A stretch of DNA of 63,296 nucleotides from a virus. Taxonomy: Duplodnaviria > Caudoviricetes. A model generated the notes under the pieces. That model worked only from the letters and a program-made list of their open reading frames with translations, was not told the origin of the DNA and searched no databases. Both the position numbers and the translations under genes were made by a program. The stretch spans positions 1 through 63,296 of the IMG/VR virus record IMGVR_UViG_3300017978_000310; one strand, written 5' to 3'. Of the stretch, positions 28,407 through 38,917 are shown piece after piece. Position 1 is the stretch's first letter. The number at the start of each line of letters is the position of its first letter.

Positions 28407-29741
28407 TTACTTATTTATATATGCAAATATATAAGCAATAACATCAACTGTCCAACCATTTCCAAGCATCTTATATCGCTGTGCATTTGACACATGGGCA
28501 GTATAATTGTCATTAACAGTTTGTAATCTCTCGCATTCTACCGGTGTGAGTTTCCTAATCCTGGAAGAGTTTATCATTAAGTCTGACCTATCCTTACATA
28601 ACGCAGGTGATATCCCCTCAGTATCATATACTCTATTTTGTTGGTAAGGCTGTGTTCCGTTGTTACTTTCTCCGGATTGATTAAGTTGTCTAACCTCCCG
28701 AACCAATTGACCACAAGACTCATCCTCTCTTGCTCTTGCAGCTAAGGTTCCTGACTTGCCATTCTTTCGATCGCGGAATCCCTCATCAGTACGATAGTCG
28801 CATCCCACAATCTCAACTGCCTGGCAGTTAATTGTATCCAAGCAATATGTCTTGCCATCTGCTCTTGATAAAGGACCAGCACCACCTGCATTCTTGTTGT
28901 TCTTTAAAGATGGTCTATCAGGGCTACGTCTCTGCAATGAATGGACAATATGTGTATGATTGGATGCATCAACACGAGTAGATATTGTAATTGATTTTTG
29001 CGTATGAATACTTTGATTATAACAATCAAGCATTGTTCCTTCAGCTAAATCTTCATGAGCTCCTGTTAATTGCTTAAGCCTTCTATTGGTCTCAACACTA
29101 ACATAATACTTCGGGTCAACCTCAGGTTCTAATATATCCCTTAGTAATATTCCACAATCTTCAGGTTGCTTAATACCACACTTAAGTTCACCAAACAAAC
29201 CATCCTTTATAGCACCAATGTTTGTCCAATACAAACGCTTACGATTCTGAGCAGACATTAATGCAGAATTAATCATTATGGGATCAATACCAATTGCACC
29301 TGTTAAAACTTCCTTCCACTTTTGTGACATCATTACATTCTCAAGAAGAAAGTATGTTGGCTTTACTTCATTAAGAAGTCTCATGTATTCCCAAAATAAA
29401 TACGACTGACCTTCAAACTCAAATCCTTCTTCCTTTAGTTGTAGATAGTGGTTAAGAGTTAATATGTCTTGACTATCTTTTGTTGACATACCTTTACGCT
29501 TGCCAGCAAAACTAAACGATTGACAAGGCGATCCACCAATAATCAAATCAATCTTTGGAAGGTCTGACCCCTTGACATCAACCACGGATCCGAGTTGAAT
29601 TGTATCCGGGTAGTTTGCCATTGTAACCTGAATGGCATACTTGTCAATCTCAGAAGCAAAGTACTTGTCGACTTTTATTCCTGCCCTTTCAAGAGCTTGT
29701 TGTCCACAGGACATCCCATCAAATAGGCTTAGTACATTCAT
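28407..29741 (-). CDS. DNA (cytosine-5)-methyltransferase
   Basis: LSLFDGMSCG, GGSPCQSFS, ENV, QNRKRLYW and LGNGW motifs. Confidence 0.92.
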   Translation of the reverse strand: MNVLSLFDGMSCGQQALERAGIKVDKYFASEIDKYAIQVTMANYPDTIQLGSVVDVKGSDLPKIDLIIGGSPCQSFSFAGKRKGMSTKDSQDILTLNHYLQLKEEGFEFEGQSYLFWEYMRLLNEVKPTYFLLENVMMSQKWKEVLTGAIGIDPIMINSALMSAQNRKRLYWTNIGAIKDGLFGELKCGIKQPEDCGILLRDILEPEVDPKYYVSVETNRRLKQLTGAHEDLAEGTMLDCYNQSIHTQKSITISTRVDASNHTHIVHSLQRRSPDRPSLKNNKNAGGAGPLSRADGKTYCLDTINCQAVEIVGCDYRTDEGFRDRKNGKSGTLAARAREDESCGQLVREVRQLNQSGESNNGTQPYQQNRVYDTEGISPALCKDRSDLMINSSRIRKLTPVECERLQTVNDNYTAHVSNAQRYKMLGNGWTVDVIAYIFAYINK

Positions 29742-30967
29742 GATAAAAAATGTTTTTTAAAATAAGTTAAAGTGTAATCTTTCTTTTCTTGCACGGTTTC
29801 ATAAATCTTTTCCTCAATACCACCCTTGGCAAATATCCAATAGACATCATTAAACTTCCTGTCAATGGTTGTCATGCGATCTCGTGATTGCCAATACGAT
29901 ACAGCCGAGAAGTCAATATTAAAGTAAACCAATACATCTGCATTGCGGAGGCTTATGCCCTCTCTACCACTAACAATCTGAAGTGCTATGTTCTTGTCGG
30001 TTGAATTAAATACCTCAAGATCATCAGTCAATGCATCACCATAAACTTCTTTAAGTAGATCCCACTCAGCTTTAAACTTGTAGAATATTCCAATCTTTTT
30101 ATTACGGAAAGTATTCTTAATAAACTGAGCCTTTGAGTCATCAAGTATCTGTCTTTTACCTGACTCAAGTATAATGGTACCACTATACATCTGATGCAAC
30201 TTATTCATAAGCTTTGCACCTGTGTCAGCAAGTATTACATCGTCCTTACCTTGTATAACTAAATGCTTTTTTAATTTACCACACATAACATATGTGGAGT
30301 CTTTCATAGGAACCGTGTAAACAATTTCGTTTATCTTGGACTCAAATCCTGCAGCCTCCTGTGTGTAGGTAATCATCAATGCATTAACCTTGGCAGTAAT
30401 CTTATCCTTCAAAGCCCCCGAGTAGTCATTGACCTTCATAGCACCTATGTATTTAATCTTAACCTTGACATAGTCATTAGCCCACCGGTAAAAGTTTATA
30501 TGCTCTTTAAAAGGATTGTTTGGGTGAATATACAACTGATGATATATCTGGCTATGCGACTCCGGGGTAGGTGTGCCTGATAAGAATATAACTTTTGACT
30601 TATACTTCTTCACCAAGTCTTTAACTTGTTTAGCACGCTTGCTAGGTTTAGGGAATGCCCCTAGGGTGTGAGCTTCATCGCAGATAATAACATCAAAGTT
30701 TGATCCTTCAAGTTTATGTAACGACTCATAGTTTATACACATAAGTTTAAACTTTGCACCTAAATCTTTATGATCCTTTTGTATGCCAGGTACAACCTTT
30801 AGTTTAGTGATAAACAAAACGTCCTTACATTTTAACTCATCGCATATGGCTAATGATGTTAATGTCTTCCCTGTCCTAACCTCCATGGCTAGATATAGTA
30901 AACCATGTTGACTAATAATGCCAAGCCCTTCTTTTACTATTTTTTTCTGATAATTTCTTAGTTCCAT
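29738..30967 (-). CDS. SF2 (SNF2-like) helicase
   Basis: LRNYQ, RTGKT, DEAH, SGTP and QSRDR motifs; start set at MELRNYQ. Confidence 0.88.
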   Translation of the reverse strand: MELRNYQKKIVKEGLGIISQHGLLYLAMEVRTGKTLTSLAICDELKCKDVLFITKLKVVPGIQKDHKDLGAKFKLMCINYESLHKLEGSNFDVIICDEAHTLGAFPKPSKRAKQVKDLVKKYKSKVIFLSGTPTPESHSQIYHQLYIHPNNPFKEHINFYRWANDYVKVKIKYIGAMKVNDYSGALKDKITAKVNALMITYTQEAAGFESKINEIVYTVPMKDSTYVMCGKLKKHLVIQGKDDVILADTGAKLMNKLHQMYSGTIILESGKRQILDDSKAQFIKNTFRNKKIGIFYKFKAEWDLLKEVYGDALTDDLEVFNSTDKNIALQIVSGREGISLRNADVLVYFNIDFSAVSYWQSRDRMTTIDRKFNDVYWIFAKGGIEEKIYETVQEKKDYTLTYFKKHFLS

Positions 30968-31142
30968 TTTGTTTTTCGTTTTGCCAATAGTATTCACAAG
31001 TATTGTCTTCTTTAATCGGAGCATTTGTAAAAAACGATTGCCTATGGTAAAATAACATAAGCTCATCCGAATTTGCAGTAAACCTATAGCAGGTTTCTTT
31101 CATTGGGCAACCATCCCCTTTACACATTGTTATGTCTGGCAT
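30912..31142 (-). CDS. Small Cys-rich protein
   Basis: MPDITMCKGDGCPMKETCYRF..CEYYW. Confidence 0.6.
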   Translation of the reverse strand: MPDITMCKGDGCPMKETCYRFTANSDELMLFYHRQSFFTNAPIKEDNTCEYYWQNEKQNGTKKLSEKNSKRRAWHY

Positions 31143-31143
31143 T

Positions 31144-31398
31144 TTAATAAAAGTTTAAGTAAACCAAAATTGGACCGTTCTCTATGAATGGAGCACCACG
31201 AGCTGTTGTGTATTCGTAATAATCAATAGCCTCCTCTTGTGTCATTCCTTGCTCAACATATAATTCAATTATAGCATTAACTGAGTAAACAAGTCTTTCA
31301 AAATTCTGATCAACGCCAATGACAGCCTCATCCAATCCTTCCAACATAACAAATGGTTGGTCTGGATAATTATACAATATTTCTTGTAGTGTCAGCAT
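31144..31398 (-). CDS. Hypothetical phage protein
   Basis: GLDEAVIGV..LVYS..GMTQEEAIDYYEY pattern recurrent in phages. Confidence 0.6.
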   Translation of the reverse strand: MLTLQEILYNYPDQPFVMLEGLDEAVIGVDQNFERLVYSVNAIIELYVEQGMTQEEAIDYYEYTTARGAPFIENGPILVYLNFY

Positions 31399-31651
31399 CT
31401 AAGTATCTATTAATAGCGTTAGTTAATTGATTGTAGTCTATGGCATATGCAGTCTTAATCTGAAAGTGTCTGCGTTGATGCATCCATAGTTCAGGCATAT
31501 CAAAGAATTGGATAACCAAGTAATGATACGATCCTGCCGACCTAAGAACCATTATGTTCTTAGAGTTATTCACGTTAATAAATGGAAGGTCATTGTCTTT
31601 CAAATACTTCCTTATCTTATCTATAAAAGAGTTTGTTATTCTATTTGACAT
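31370..31651 (-). CDS. Hypothetical protein
   Basis: 93 aa, coupled to the primase-helicase. Confidence 0.55.
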   Translation of the reverse strand: MSNRITNSFIDKIRKYLKDNDLPFINVNNSKNIMVLRSAGSYHYLVIQFFDMPELWMHQRRHFQIKTAYAIDYNQLTNAINRYLDADTTRNIV

Positions 31652-31652
31652 C

Positions 31653-34025
31653 TTATAAAAGTTCTAATTGTTCTTTGTATTGAATTAACATCCACTTCCC
31701 AGCTGCATCACGCCCCTCCTCAGGGTTATGTCCTGTCTTATGCAAAGCATAGGTGCGTAGCCACGAATTGAATCGTTGCTTGGAAAGCATTCTAAACATA
31801 CCATTGTTGTCAATGATAAACTTATCGAACGCCTTGTCAGGTCTGAACTTCTCATTGAATGGCACAACCGATGCACCAAACTCAGCGATCCACTCAACAA
31901 ACTCAGCGTTGGTCTCTGCCCTGAACTTACGCTCCTTAAGGTTGACAAACTCACAACGAACCAAGCCTGTAGTCAGGTATGTCTGAAGCAACTTCATCAT
32001 GTAGTTATCGAACGCACACCAATCATCAGCACCCCAATCGTTGAATAGCAATCTGCCAAACTCATCCTGTGGCGTGAAGTCCTTCGTGTAGAACTGCTTA
32101 AACTCCATCTCCCATTTACGTCTCTCGAATGAGTTACCCTTACCCTGAATAGCGTAGTTAGTTGTGATGACAACCTTGGGTGACTTATGGAATGGAATCT
32201 TAATCGCATCCTTGTTCTTACGCTCGATCGTGATGCCCTCAGTAATAACCGAGAATAATCGCTCGAAGTCAAAGTTCTTCTTCACGTCATCAAACACCAA
32301 CACCTGGGTGTCAGTAGTCACCAACTGATAGGCAAAAGACTTATCGAAAGAGAATGACTTACCATCAATGGTGACAAGCTTCTTCATCCGGCTAACACCA
32401 TTCATGAACAAGCCTTTACCGGTACCCCCCTCAGGGTTCTCAGATATCACCTCGTCATTAATAATAACAGCCGGGCAGTATCCTCCATTCTTAAATGCGT
32501 GCAACATGAAGCCAATGGTTGACTCGATTGATGAAATACGTTTCTCATCGTTGCCACCGATGTTGCGAATGAACTGCTTGTAGTCACACTCATCTGATGG
32601 GCAGAATATGAAGTCACGTTGGATAACTTGGTCAGCCCAAATGTAGCCACCCAGGTCCTCATAGTTTAATAGCACAGTTGCATCTTTGGTCACCTTGACT
32701 ACGCCATTGCGATAGTACAGGTACGCCTCATCCTTGGTGTCTTCGACAAAGTAAATGTTCACCGAGTCAAGCATCGACAGGAAGTCTTCACGGAAGAACC
32801 GAGTCTTGTCAGCAAAGAAATTGTACACGCTCAGATCCTGGAAGTTTGTAAGGATATGGTTAAGCACGAAGTCTTTAATGTCATCCTCAGTACACATCTC
32901 AATCAGGTTCTGATTAATACGCACAAAGATGAATCCTTTGTTGCCCTCAGGCACATACTTACGATAGCCATGCTCTTCCAAGAATCTTTTAAGATCGTAG
33001 TGCACTAATGTCACCACACCCTTATCGCTCTTAGTCCAGAATATATTCTTGCTCTCCTCCTCTTCAATCTTAGTTAAGACTGAATCAATTGTTCCATCCT
33101 CAAACCCGGAGGCTTTAAGTTGAGAACGGACGTCCTTTTTTGGCACACCACGATTTAACTGCACCTTCACCTCGTTGACTCTTTGTGTGTCCTCGAAGTA
33201 CTTGGTTGCGTGTTGATCCCTAAGCTTGTATGCTGACTCGACAATAGACTTGACCTCTGACTGAGAGAAATCCTCAGACACAAATCCTGCAAAGCGAAAC
33301 ATCGCCTCAGACTTACTTACTCCGTACTGATTGAAGGCTGATGCCAAGATGAAAAGATTGTTGTTCCTGGATCCACTAACGAAGCCATACTTGCCTTCCC
33401 ACCATTTAGCAAGGCGTGAGATAATCTCATCCTCATCGTCAATGGGAATAGTAGGTCGTTGGTCTTTGGTCACGTGATCAATCTCTCCCTCCTCTATCTG
33501 ATTCCAAATATGCGAATTAGTATTGACAAAGATTGTCGGGTCATAAGACTCATAGCATACCCGAGAGATATTCTTAGATGTCTTGTCAAACTCTTGGCAA
33601 TTGTAATACTTTTCTAAGGCATTGAAGTATGCCTTATGCTTCTCAGGGTTAGTAGGTATCTTAACCAATACCTTCAATCCATTTCCTGATGGAGATACGA
33701 ATACGGAGAACGTATAGTTGTCAGCAGACAACTCCTCCTTCTTAGCCAGCATCTCTGCGTGCGAGGGGAAATTGTCCATGTCTATACATATCAAACCGCT
33801 GTGCTTAATCAATGATGCATCGTCACGCTTAGAGAATGTACCGGAGAAACATATCGCAGGTAAATCCTGCTTAAGTTTATTACGCTCCTCCTTATTCTTC
33901 TCTAATCTGATCTTGCGAACAAGTTCTTTAGTCTTTCCTTCCTTGATGCGAACAAGTATATCTAACACATCCTTGTGGAAAGGTACAGCGGTCTCTTTTA
34001 TGTTGCGAAAGATTGTTACTTCCAT
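31653..34025 (-). CDS. Primase-helicase (VirE-N/BT4734-like + PriCT + SF3-like ATPase)
   Basis: LPAICFSGTF, HSGLICIDMD, FVSPSGNGLK; GSRNNNLF; Walker A GGTGKG, Walker B LVFDD, ITTN. Confidence 0.85.
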   Translation of the reverse strand: MEVTIFRNIKETAVPFHKDVLDILVRIKEGKTKELVRKIRLEKNKEERNKLKQDLPAICFSGTFSKRDDASLIKHSGLICIDMDNFPSHAEMLAKKEELSADNYTFSVFVSPSGNGLKVLVKIPTNPEKHKAYFNALEKYYNCQEFDKTSKNISRVCYESYDPTIFVNTNSHIWNQIEEGEIDHVTKDQRPTIPIDDEDEIISRLAKWWEGKYGFVSGSRNNNLFILASAFNQYGVSKSEAMFRFAGFVSEDFSQSEVKSIVESAYKLRDQHATKYFEDTQRVNEVKVQLNRGVPKKDVRSQLKASGFEDGTIDSVLTKIEEEESKNIFWTKSDKGVVTLVHYDLKRFLEEHGYRKYVPEGNKGFIFVRINQNLIEMCTEDDIKDFVLNHILTNFQDLSVYNFFADKTRFFREDFLSMLDSVNIYFVEDTKDEAYLYYRNGVVKVTKDATVLLNYEDLGGYIWADQVIQRDFIFCPSDECDYKQFIRNIGGNDEKRISSIESTIGFMLHAFKNGGYCPAVIINDEVISENPEGGTGKGLFMNGVSRMKKLVTIDGKSFSFDKSFAYQLVTTDTQVLVFDDVKKNFDFERLFSVITEGITIERKNKDAIKIPFHKSPKVVITTNYAIQGKGNSFERRKWEMEFKQFYTKDFTPQDEFGRLLFNDWGADDWCAFDNYMMKLLQTYLTTGLVRCEFVNLKERKFRAETNAEFVEWIAEFGASVVPFNEKFRPDKAFDKFIIDNNGMFRMLSKQRFNSWLRTYALHKTGHNPEEGRDAAGKWMLIQYKEQLELL

Positions 34026-34038
34026 TGGTTATTGTTGT

Positions 34039-34296
34039 TTAAAAAAATTCCTTAAGATGCTGAAATACCGACTGAGGTCTTTCCCAATTTTTATATGCAT
34101 CATCGACCACTTCTTCAAAATGTTTTTTGAATACAGAAATTGCAGTAGGATAGTTCTTAAAAAATTTAGCGAATGCTATGTAATCCTGTAAATGATATAA
34201 CTCTCCACGTGAGTTGCTTGTAAATATTCTTTCTTTATATTCTTCTATATCAAGAATTTTTAAAGCTTCATTAAAATTTATTTCATTATTTTCCAT
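34039..34296 (-). CDS. Hypothetical protein
   Basis: 85-aa AT-rich ORF. Confidence 0.5.
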   Translation of the reverse strand: MENNEINFNEALKILDIEEYKERIFTSNSRGELYHLQDYIAFAKFFKNYPTAISVFKKHFEEVVDDAYKNWERPQSVFQHLKEFF

Positions 34297-34527
34297 TGTA
34301 CTTTTCTTAGATAAATTGGATTATTTATAAAGTTGTACATTTTTATGTATAAAAAGTGTACAAAATATTTTAAAGTTTACATGGATAACTAATTGATTAT
34401 TAGTTATTTATATTCTTTAGTGTACAAAATGTAGAAAATAAAAGGGGAAAACGAAAAAAATAAAAAAAGAACTAGTAAAGTTTTTATATATAGTCGTAAG
34501 CCCCCTCTATTTTATACATTTGTACAT
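34294..34527. repeat. AT-rich iteron-like element, copy 1 (candidate replication origin)
   Basis: Multiple TGTACA/TGTAGA motifs and a central palindrome with IHF consensus; aligns with 45568-45810. Confidence 0.7.
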
Positions 34528-34528
34528 G

Positions 34529-34837
34529 CTAGAACGGCAAGTCATCACCCTCTTCCACCTTAGGTGCAGGAGTAGGTGCTGTCTTAGCAGGAGCAGGTGC
34601 TGTTGAGCCACCATCAGATGACCAAACTAATTTGCCATTAGCAATATAGTTCTTCTTCTCTTTTGCTTCACGCTCCTCCTTAGTATGTGACTCATAAATA
34701 GATAGTACATTACCGTACTGGTCTGCCTCATCATTTACTGAGATAGTAATGTTAAGGTAGTTTCCTTTTGCTCCTTTGATTAATTTATCCTTGGAGATTT
34801 TTGATACATCTAAAGATGCTGAAAATAATTGTGCCAT
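34529..34837 (-). CDS. Probable single-stranded DNA-binding protein
   Basis: Beta-rich core, Pro/Ala linker and acidic DDLPF tail. Confidence 0.7.
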   Translation of the reverse strand: MAQLFSASLDVSKISKDKLIKGAKGNYLNITISVNDEADQYGNVLSIYESHTKEEREAKEKKNYIANGKLVWSSDGGSTAPAPAKTAPTPAPKVEEGDDLPF

Positions 34838-34851
34838 AATTTATTGTTTGT

Positions 34852-35250
34852 TTAATTGTTTAACTTTTCTATTTCCTGTTTAACTTCTTGCCAATAAGTA
34901 ACTTCTGCTTGCGTATCATTATAAATTGATACTACTTTTAGTATCTCATCTACTGCAATTATTGCACATTGTTTAGCAGCATGCAAATCTGATTCAATCC
35001 ATCCATCTGCATATTTTTCTGTAAATAAAATATACTTATTAATTAATTCTTCTACTTTTTCTTCTGGTGTCATAGTTTGTATTTTAAAAGGTTCAACCTT
35101 CTTAAAATTATTTTTTAAAATATAATTAATCTCATTATAAGTATCTAACCCAAAATAAATAATATTATTATATTGATCAGTGGCACTCTTCAATGCTTGC
35201 TCTGATGCTTTTTGTTTTTTAACAATTTTTTTAAGTTTAATATATGTCAT
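34852..35250 (-). CDS. Hypothetical protein; C-terminal half belongs to a three-member paralog family
   Basis: MTPEEKVEEL..AKQCAIIAVDEIL..EVKQEIEKL. Confidence 0.6.
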   Translation of the reverse strand: MTYIKLKKIVKKQKASEQALKSATDQYNNIIYFGLDTYNEINYILKNNFKKVEPFKIQTMTPEEKVEELINKYILFTEKYADGWIESDLHAAKQCAIIAVDEILKVVSIYNDTQAEVTYWQEVKQEIEKLNN

Positions 35251-35507
35251 AGTTTATCTATTTCATTTAAAACTTTAATGTAATGTTGTTTATTAGATAT
35301 AAGATTTTTCATTGAGTCTTTATCATAAGTATATGGCACTACATTAGAATTTATAAAAGTTAATATCAGATTAACTGCAATAAGTGCACATCTCTTAGCT
35401 TCTAAATCATTAACATAGTATTCAATACCTTCTTCATCTGTACCTAAATAAAGGGTAAATTGGTCAAACAAATCTTTAGCTTCTTCAGCTGGCTTCATAT
35501 ATCTCAT
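35247..35507 (-). CDS. Hypothetical protein, paralog of 48048-48284
   Basis: Shares SNVVPYTYDKDSMK..NKQHYIKV. Confidence 0.7.
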   Translation of the reverse strand: MRYMKPAEEAKDLFDQFTLYLGTDEEGIEYYVNDLEAKRCALIAVNLILTFINSNVVPYTYDKDSMKNLISNKQHYIKVLNEIDKL

Positions 35508-36232
35508 AACGTTTCCGATTTAAAATACTGAGTAATGTCATCGGTAGCATTTGCTCCGAAGAACTTTTGGTACACCTCGATAGCCTTGTATACTTTCTCC
35601 CTGCCACGATCCATGAACTCATCGCTGCATTCAAATAGACCTGTCCGACAGGTTTCTTTTTCAACAACGATGAATACCATAGGCTTACCGAACAATTGAT
35701 TGTATATATATGCTTGACTTTCGTAATTATATTTGCGAGCTGAAAATCGGAAATCATCGAGGTTTCCAGTTGTCTTCAGGTCAATGAGTAACTCGCTACC
35801 GACTATGTCTGACTTGCCTTTCCATTGTACTCCACCAATCTCACCGATAGCCGGAACCTCGTACTCGTTATCAGCATCACGAATCATGTCGTAGAAGGTG
35901 AAGTTACCAAGCAAAGCCTTGACCATTCGATCGATGTCATCTGCTTCCTTCTGAAGCAATAACATATCCGTGCCATGAGCTGCGATGGCCTCCTTGTAGA
36001 TATTAGTCGTGCGAGTCGATGCCTCCACCTTGGGAAAGTTAACTACCTTCTCAGGCTCAAGGATCGATGCGTGGAAATAAGACCCAGCAAGCATTGCCGG
36101 AGTCTTATCTTTGTCCTTACCAAACTGCATCGGATTGTATAACAACGCACCAATGTCTGAGTTCGATAAGTAGTTCTTGCCGATACCCGAGTAGTACTCG
36201 GTGTCGTTGCGTAGGGTTTCGATGATGCTCAT
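35504..36232 (-). CDS. RecE-like (PD-(D/E)xK) exonuclease
   Basis: LSNSD, GSYFHASILEP, KGKSD..IDLKTT, YESQAYIY. Confidence 0.85.
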   Translation of the reverse strand: MSIIETLRNDTEYYSGIGKNYLSNSDIGALLYNPMQFGKDKDKTPAMLAGSYFHASILEPEKVVNFPKVEASTRTTNIYKEAIAAHGTDMLLLQKEADDIDRMVKALLGNFTFYDMIRDADNEYEVPAIGEIGGVQWKGKSDIVGSELLIDLKTTGNLDDFRFSARKYNYESQAYIYNQLFGKPMVFIVVEKETCRTGLFECSDEFMDRGREKVYKAIEVYQKFFGANATDDITQYFKSETL

Positions 36233-36834
36233 TACTTGCGAAGTTTAGTAATTGCTTTCTTAGTTGCTTCTGAGATGTCGTACTTAACCGACAACTTTTT
36301 GATCACCTCATCGGTGCTTAGTCCCATGTTGTCAATGACAAAGTTGGATACCTTCTGCCAGTTGGCATCGCCTTCTACCAATGCCACCTTAGATGTAGCC
36401 TTAGGCTGTGCCTTGACAGCTTGCATACTTGAGTCTGATTCAGATGGGAAGTCCTCCTTAGCGTAGATATTTAACGCCAAGCCATGCAAGGCCAATGCCT
36501 TCACCGTAGATCGTTGGATAGTCTTGTTAACCTGCATCGATGTGATGTTAGCCAATGGCACGGACTGATTACGCATATCCATTACAGGCAGGTAGTCAAT
36601 GTGTTCCTGACCTTGGATGGTCACTCCAACCTTGACCCAAGCAGTTGATCCATCCGTGAAGTAGTTCATGTAGGTGTCTGACTCGTAAACTGTACGCGAC
36701 ATATCCGGGAACAACTTCTTGCATTCTGCCCAAGCATGAGCCCAAGATAGGTAAGTTAGGTTGCCTCTCTTTTCCGTTTTAGACGAGAGGTTGAGCGAGC
36801 TGAGTTGCTCGAATACTGATTTTTCTTTTGACAT
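36232..36834 (-). CDS. Sak3/Rad52-like ssDNA annealing protein (DUF1071-like)
   Basis: LTYLSWAHAW, LPVMDMRN, QRSTVKALALHGLALNIYAKED. Confidence 0.85.
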   Translation of the reverse strand: MSKEKSVFEQLSSLNLSSKTEKRGNLTYLSWAHAWAECKKLFPDMSRTVYESDTYMNYFTDGSTAWVKVGVTIQGQEHIDYLPVMDMRNQSVPLANITSMQVNKTIQRSTVKALALHGLALNIYAKEDFPSESDSSMQAVKAQPKATSKVALVEGDANWQKVSNFVIDNMGLSTDEVIKKLSVKYDISEATKKAITKLRK

Positions 36835-36858
36835 AATTGAATTGGATTAAATGTTCGA

Positions 36859-36888
36859 CAAAGATAAAATTAAATTTGATATACGCAA
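36859..36888 (-). promoter_or_regulatory. Full Bacteroidota promoter for the recombination/replication operon
   Basis: Minus strand TTG-N19-TATCTTTG. Confidence 0.75.
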
Positions 36889-36899
36889 TAAACTTCTTT

Positions 36900-37214
36900 T
36901 TAATGTTCAGCACTTTCTTTATATAGTGCAAAACCAAGTAATAAATAGTTGTATAAATCAGCCCACCGGCTATCTAAAGGCTCGGCCTGGACTAAGTTTG
37001 GATTCTTAATGTGTGCCTGAATGCTTGACAACTGCTTGTCAAAAAATATAGACCACACCTGCATAGGAGACACGCCAGCTCTGATGGCTGACTGCTTAAA
37101 GTTGTTAAGCACATCCAAATTCTCAAGCGTGTACTCAGGTTGTTTGACCGATCTAATATACATAGCATTCTCGCTTAAAATATTGTATACGTAACTAAAT
37201 TCTTCCTGTGTCAT
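36900..37214 (-). CDS. DUF1599-like (nucleotide-modification-associated) protein
   Basis: K..EY..DVLNNF..DK..EPLDSRWADLYNY; start set at MTQEEF. Confidence 0.55.
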   Translation of the reverse strand: MTQEEFSYVYNILSENAMYIRSVKQPEYTLENLDVLNNFKQSAIRAGVSPMQVWSIFFDKQLSSIQAHIKNPNLVQAEPLDSRWADLYNYLLLGFALYKESAEH

Positions 37215-37701
37215 TTTCTTTTTGTTTAGGGAAGCGTACTTGTACCCATCCCGATTTGATTTTACGTTGTTTTTTGTAATCCGTGTATGGGTATAAATTA
37301 TAAAACCCAGACTTACTCCTGTTGACAAGCACCTTCTGCCTGCAATGTTCACAAGTCAAGTTCATCGCAGTCTTATTACCTGACTTGATAAAGAACTTGT
37401 CAATGACATTCACATCATTAGCCTTCTTGCAGTAAGGACAATTAGGGCGATGCTTTAAATAACCACCCCTATCCCTGTCCATGTCATCGCCTACATCTGA
37501 ATACCCATTGTGCAATGGGTAAACCTTAATAGCCCCACTCGTGTTGATCCGGATCGTGACTCGCTTAGTACACTCCTTGCAGAAGCCTGATACTATGCTT
37601 AAGTTTGATGTAGTATCAAATCTCTCAGCTATGTAACTCTCCTGGAATGTGTAATCACAATGTGGGCAGCCTAATACATTCTCTCTAATTTTAACTCCCA
37701 T
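37195..37701 (-). CDS. Double zinc-ribbon protein
   Basis: CPHC..CKEC and CPYC..CEHC in two similar halves. Confidence 0.65.
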   Translation of the reverse strand: MGVKIRENVLGCPHCDYTFQESYIAERFDTTSNLSIVSGFCKECTKRVTIRINTSGAIKVYPLHNGYSDVGDDMDRDRGGYLKHRPNCPYCKKANDVNVIDKFFIKSGNKTAMNLTCEHCRQKVLVNRSKSGFYNLYPYTDYKKQRKIKSGWVQVRFPKQKENDTGRI

Positions 37702-37707
37702 AAGTTT

Positions 37708-37947
37708 TTATTTAAGATGTTCAACCCAGTCTTTTGGAATTATGCAAGGAAGTTCATTTTCGTAACATCTGATACAAAATTTTGCATAGTCTTGCATATC
37801 TTCTTCACTATAAATTGTTTCTATCTGCTCTTGCTCCATTATTTTAGCCCTCTCAAATGTCTCATAATTATATGTGAAATCTTCTTGGCTACGTGGTGCA
37901 TGAATAAGATTACTATCTAACCAATCTACTGCTGTTTGCTTTTTCAT
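37708..37947 (-). CDS. Hypothetical protein
   Basis: MKKQTAVDWL..AKIMEQEQI pattern; A-rich start. Confidence 0.6.
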   Translation of the reverse strand: MKKQTAVDWLDSNLIHAPRSQEDFTYNYETFERAKIMEQEQIETIYSEEDMQDYAKFCIRCYENELPCIIPKDWVEHLK

Positions 37948-38253
37948 TTTTTATAGGGTTTATATTCCGGATATCTCCGATGGATGTAATTTTTAGTTTC
38001 TTTAGATTTCTTGTCGGGCTTTATATAGCACTCCCGATAGCATGAGTAAAGCCCAAAGGCCACTATTAATATTAGTATGTATTTCATTGTTTGTATTTTG
38101 TTAAAATCATTAATACAATAGCCAATGGTAATACAAATACTACATTAATCACGCTGAAAAAAATAAATCTTGCTAAGTTCTTTATCATAAGATTTTTTGG
38201 TTTTAGTGTAAATTTTAATACCTGTTTTGTCAATATAAGATGAATCAAAAGTA

Positions 38254-38631
38254 TCATCCCAATTCTGATCCTGCAATGGCAGGTTCACATTCACGATTTT
38301 TGGTGAGGGTTTTGTCGAGCCTGGCTTCGAGCCAATCACGATTAATAATACCACCGAGCTTATTATAATTAGCGACATTCTTTTCATTTGATTTGAATTT
38401 TTTAATACCATACAATACCGATGCGTGATCTATAGGATACCCATATCTCTCGCAATACCTTTGAATCTCGCACACCTTAACACCTGCATCCTTGCACAGG
38501 TAATAAAAGTGATGCCGAGCGTTGACTACCGGAAACACCTTAGTGTTGCGAAACATATCAAGCTTCTTAATCCGGTGTCTATAAATAATTTTCTTTGCGA
38601 TCTCATCGATCAATTCTACATTTGTTATCAT
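38254..38631 (-). CDS. DnaA C-terminal domain-like HTH protein
   Basis: VNARHHFYYLC..EI..DHASVLYGIKK resembles the DnaA domain IV signature. Confidence 0.65.
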   Translation of the reverse strand: MITNVELIDEIAKKIIYRHRIKKLDMFRNTKVFPVVNARHHFYYLCKDAGVKVCEIQRYCERYGYPIDHASVLYGIKKFKSNEKNVANYNKLGGIINRDWLEARLDKTLTKNRECEPAIAGSELG

Positions 38632-38917
38632 CTACAAAAAATTATTACTAATAAAACAAAAACTATCCAAGTTATTATGGTGAACACACCTCCAGCTTGC
38701 TTCTCGCTCATACCTTATAGATGTAATGTGCCAACCAAAAAATAACAATACTGAATACCAGCCATAACCCGATGGCCAATAAAATTCTATTTCTTTCTTC
38801 CATTGTAAATTATAAATAAGATTAAAATTGTTGCAGATAAAAAAAGTAATGCTTGCCACACGAACGAATTAATCGCACAGGTAATGGTCGAAGCAATCCC
38901 CATATAGGAGAGTAAGA

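Noticed and set aside
31685-34191. Several alternative-frame ORFs within the primase-helicase gene
   Set aside because: Expected from locally higher GC; no start context or motifs
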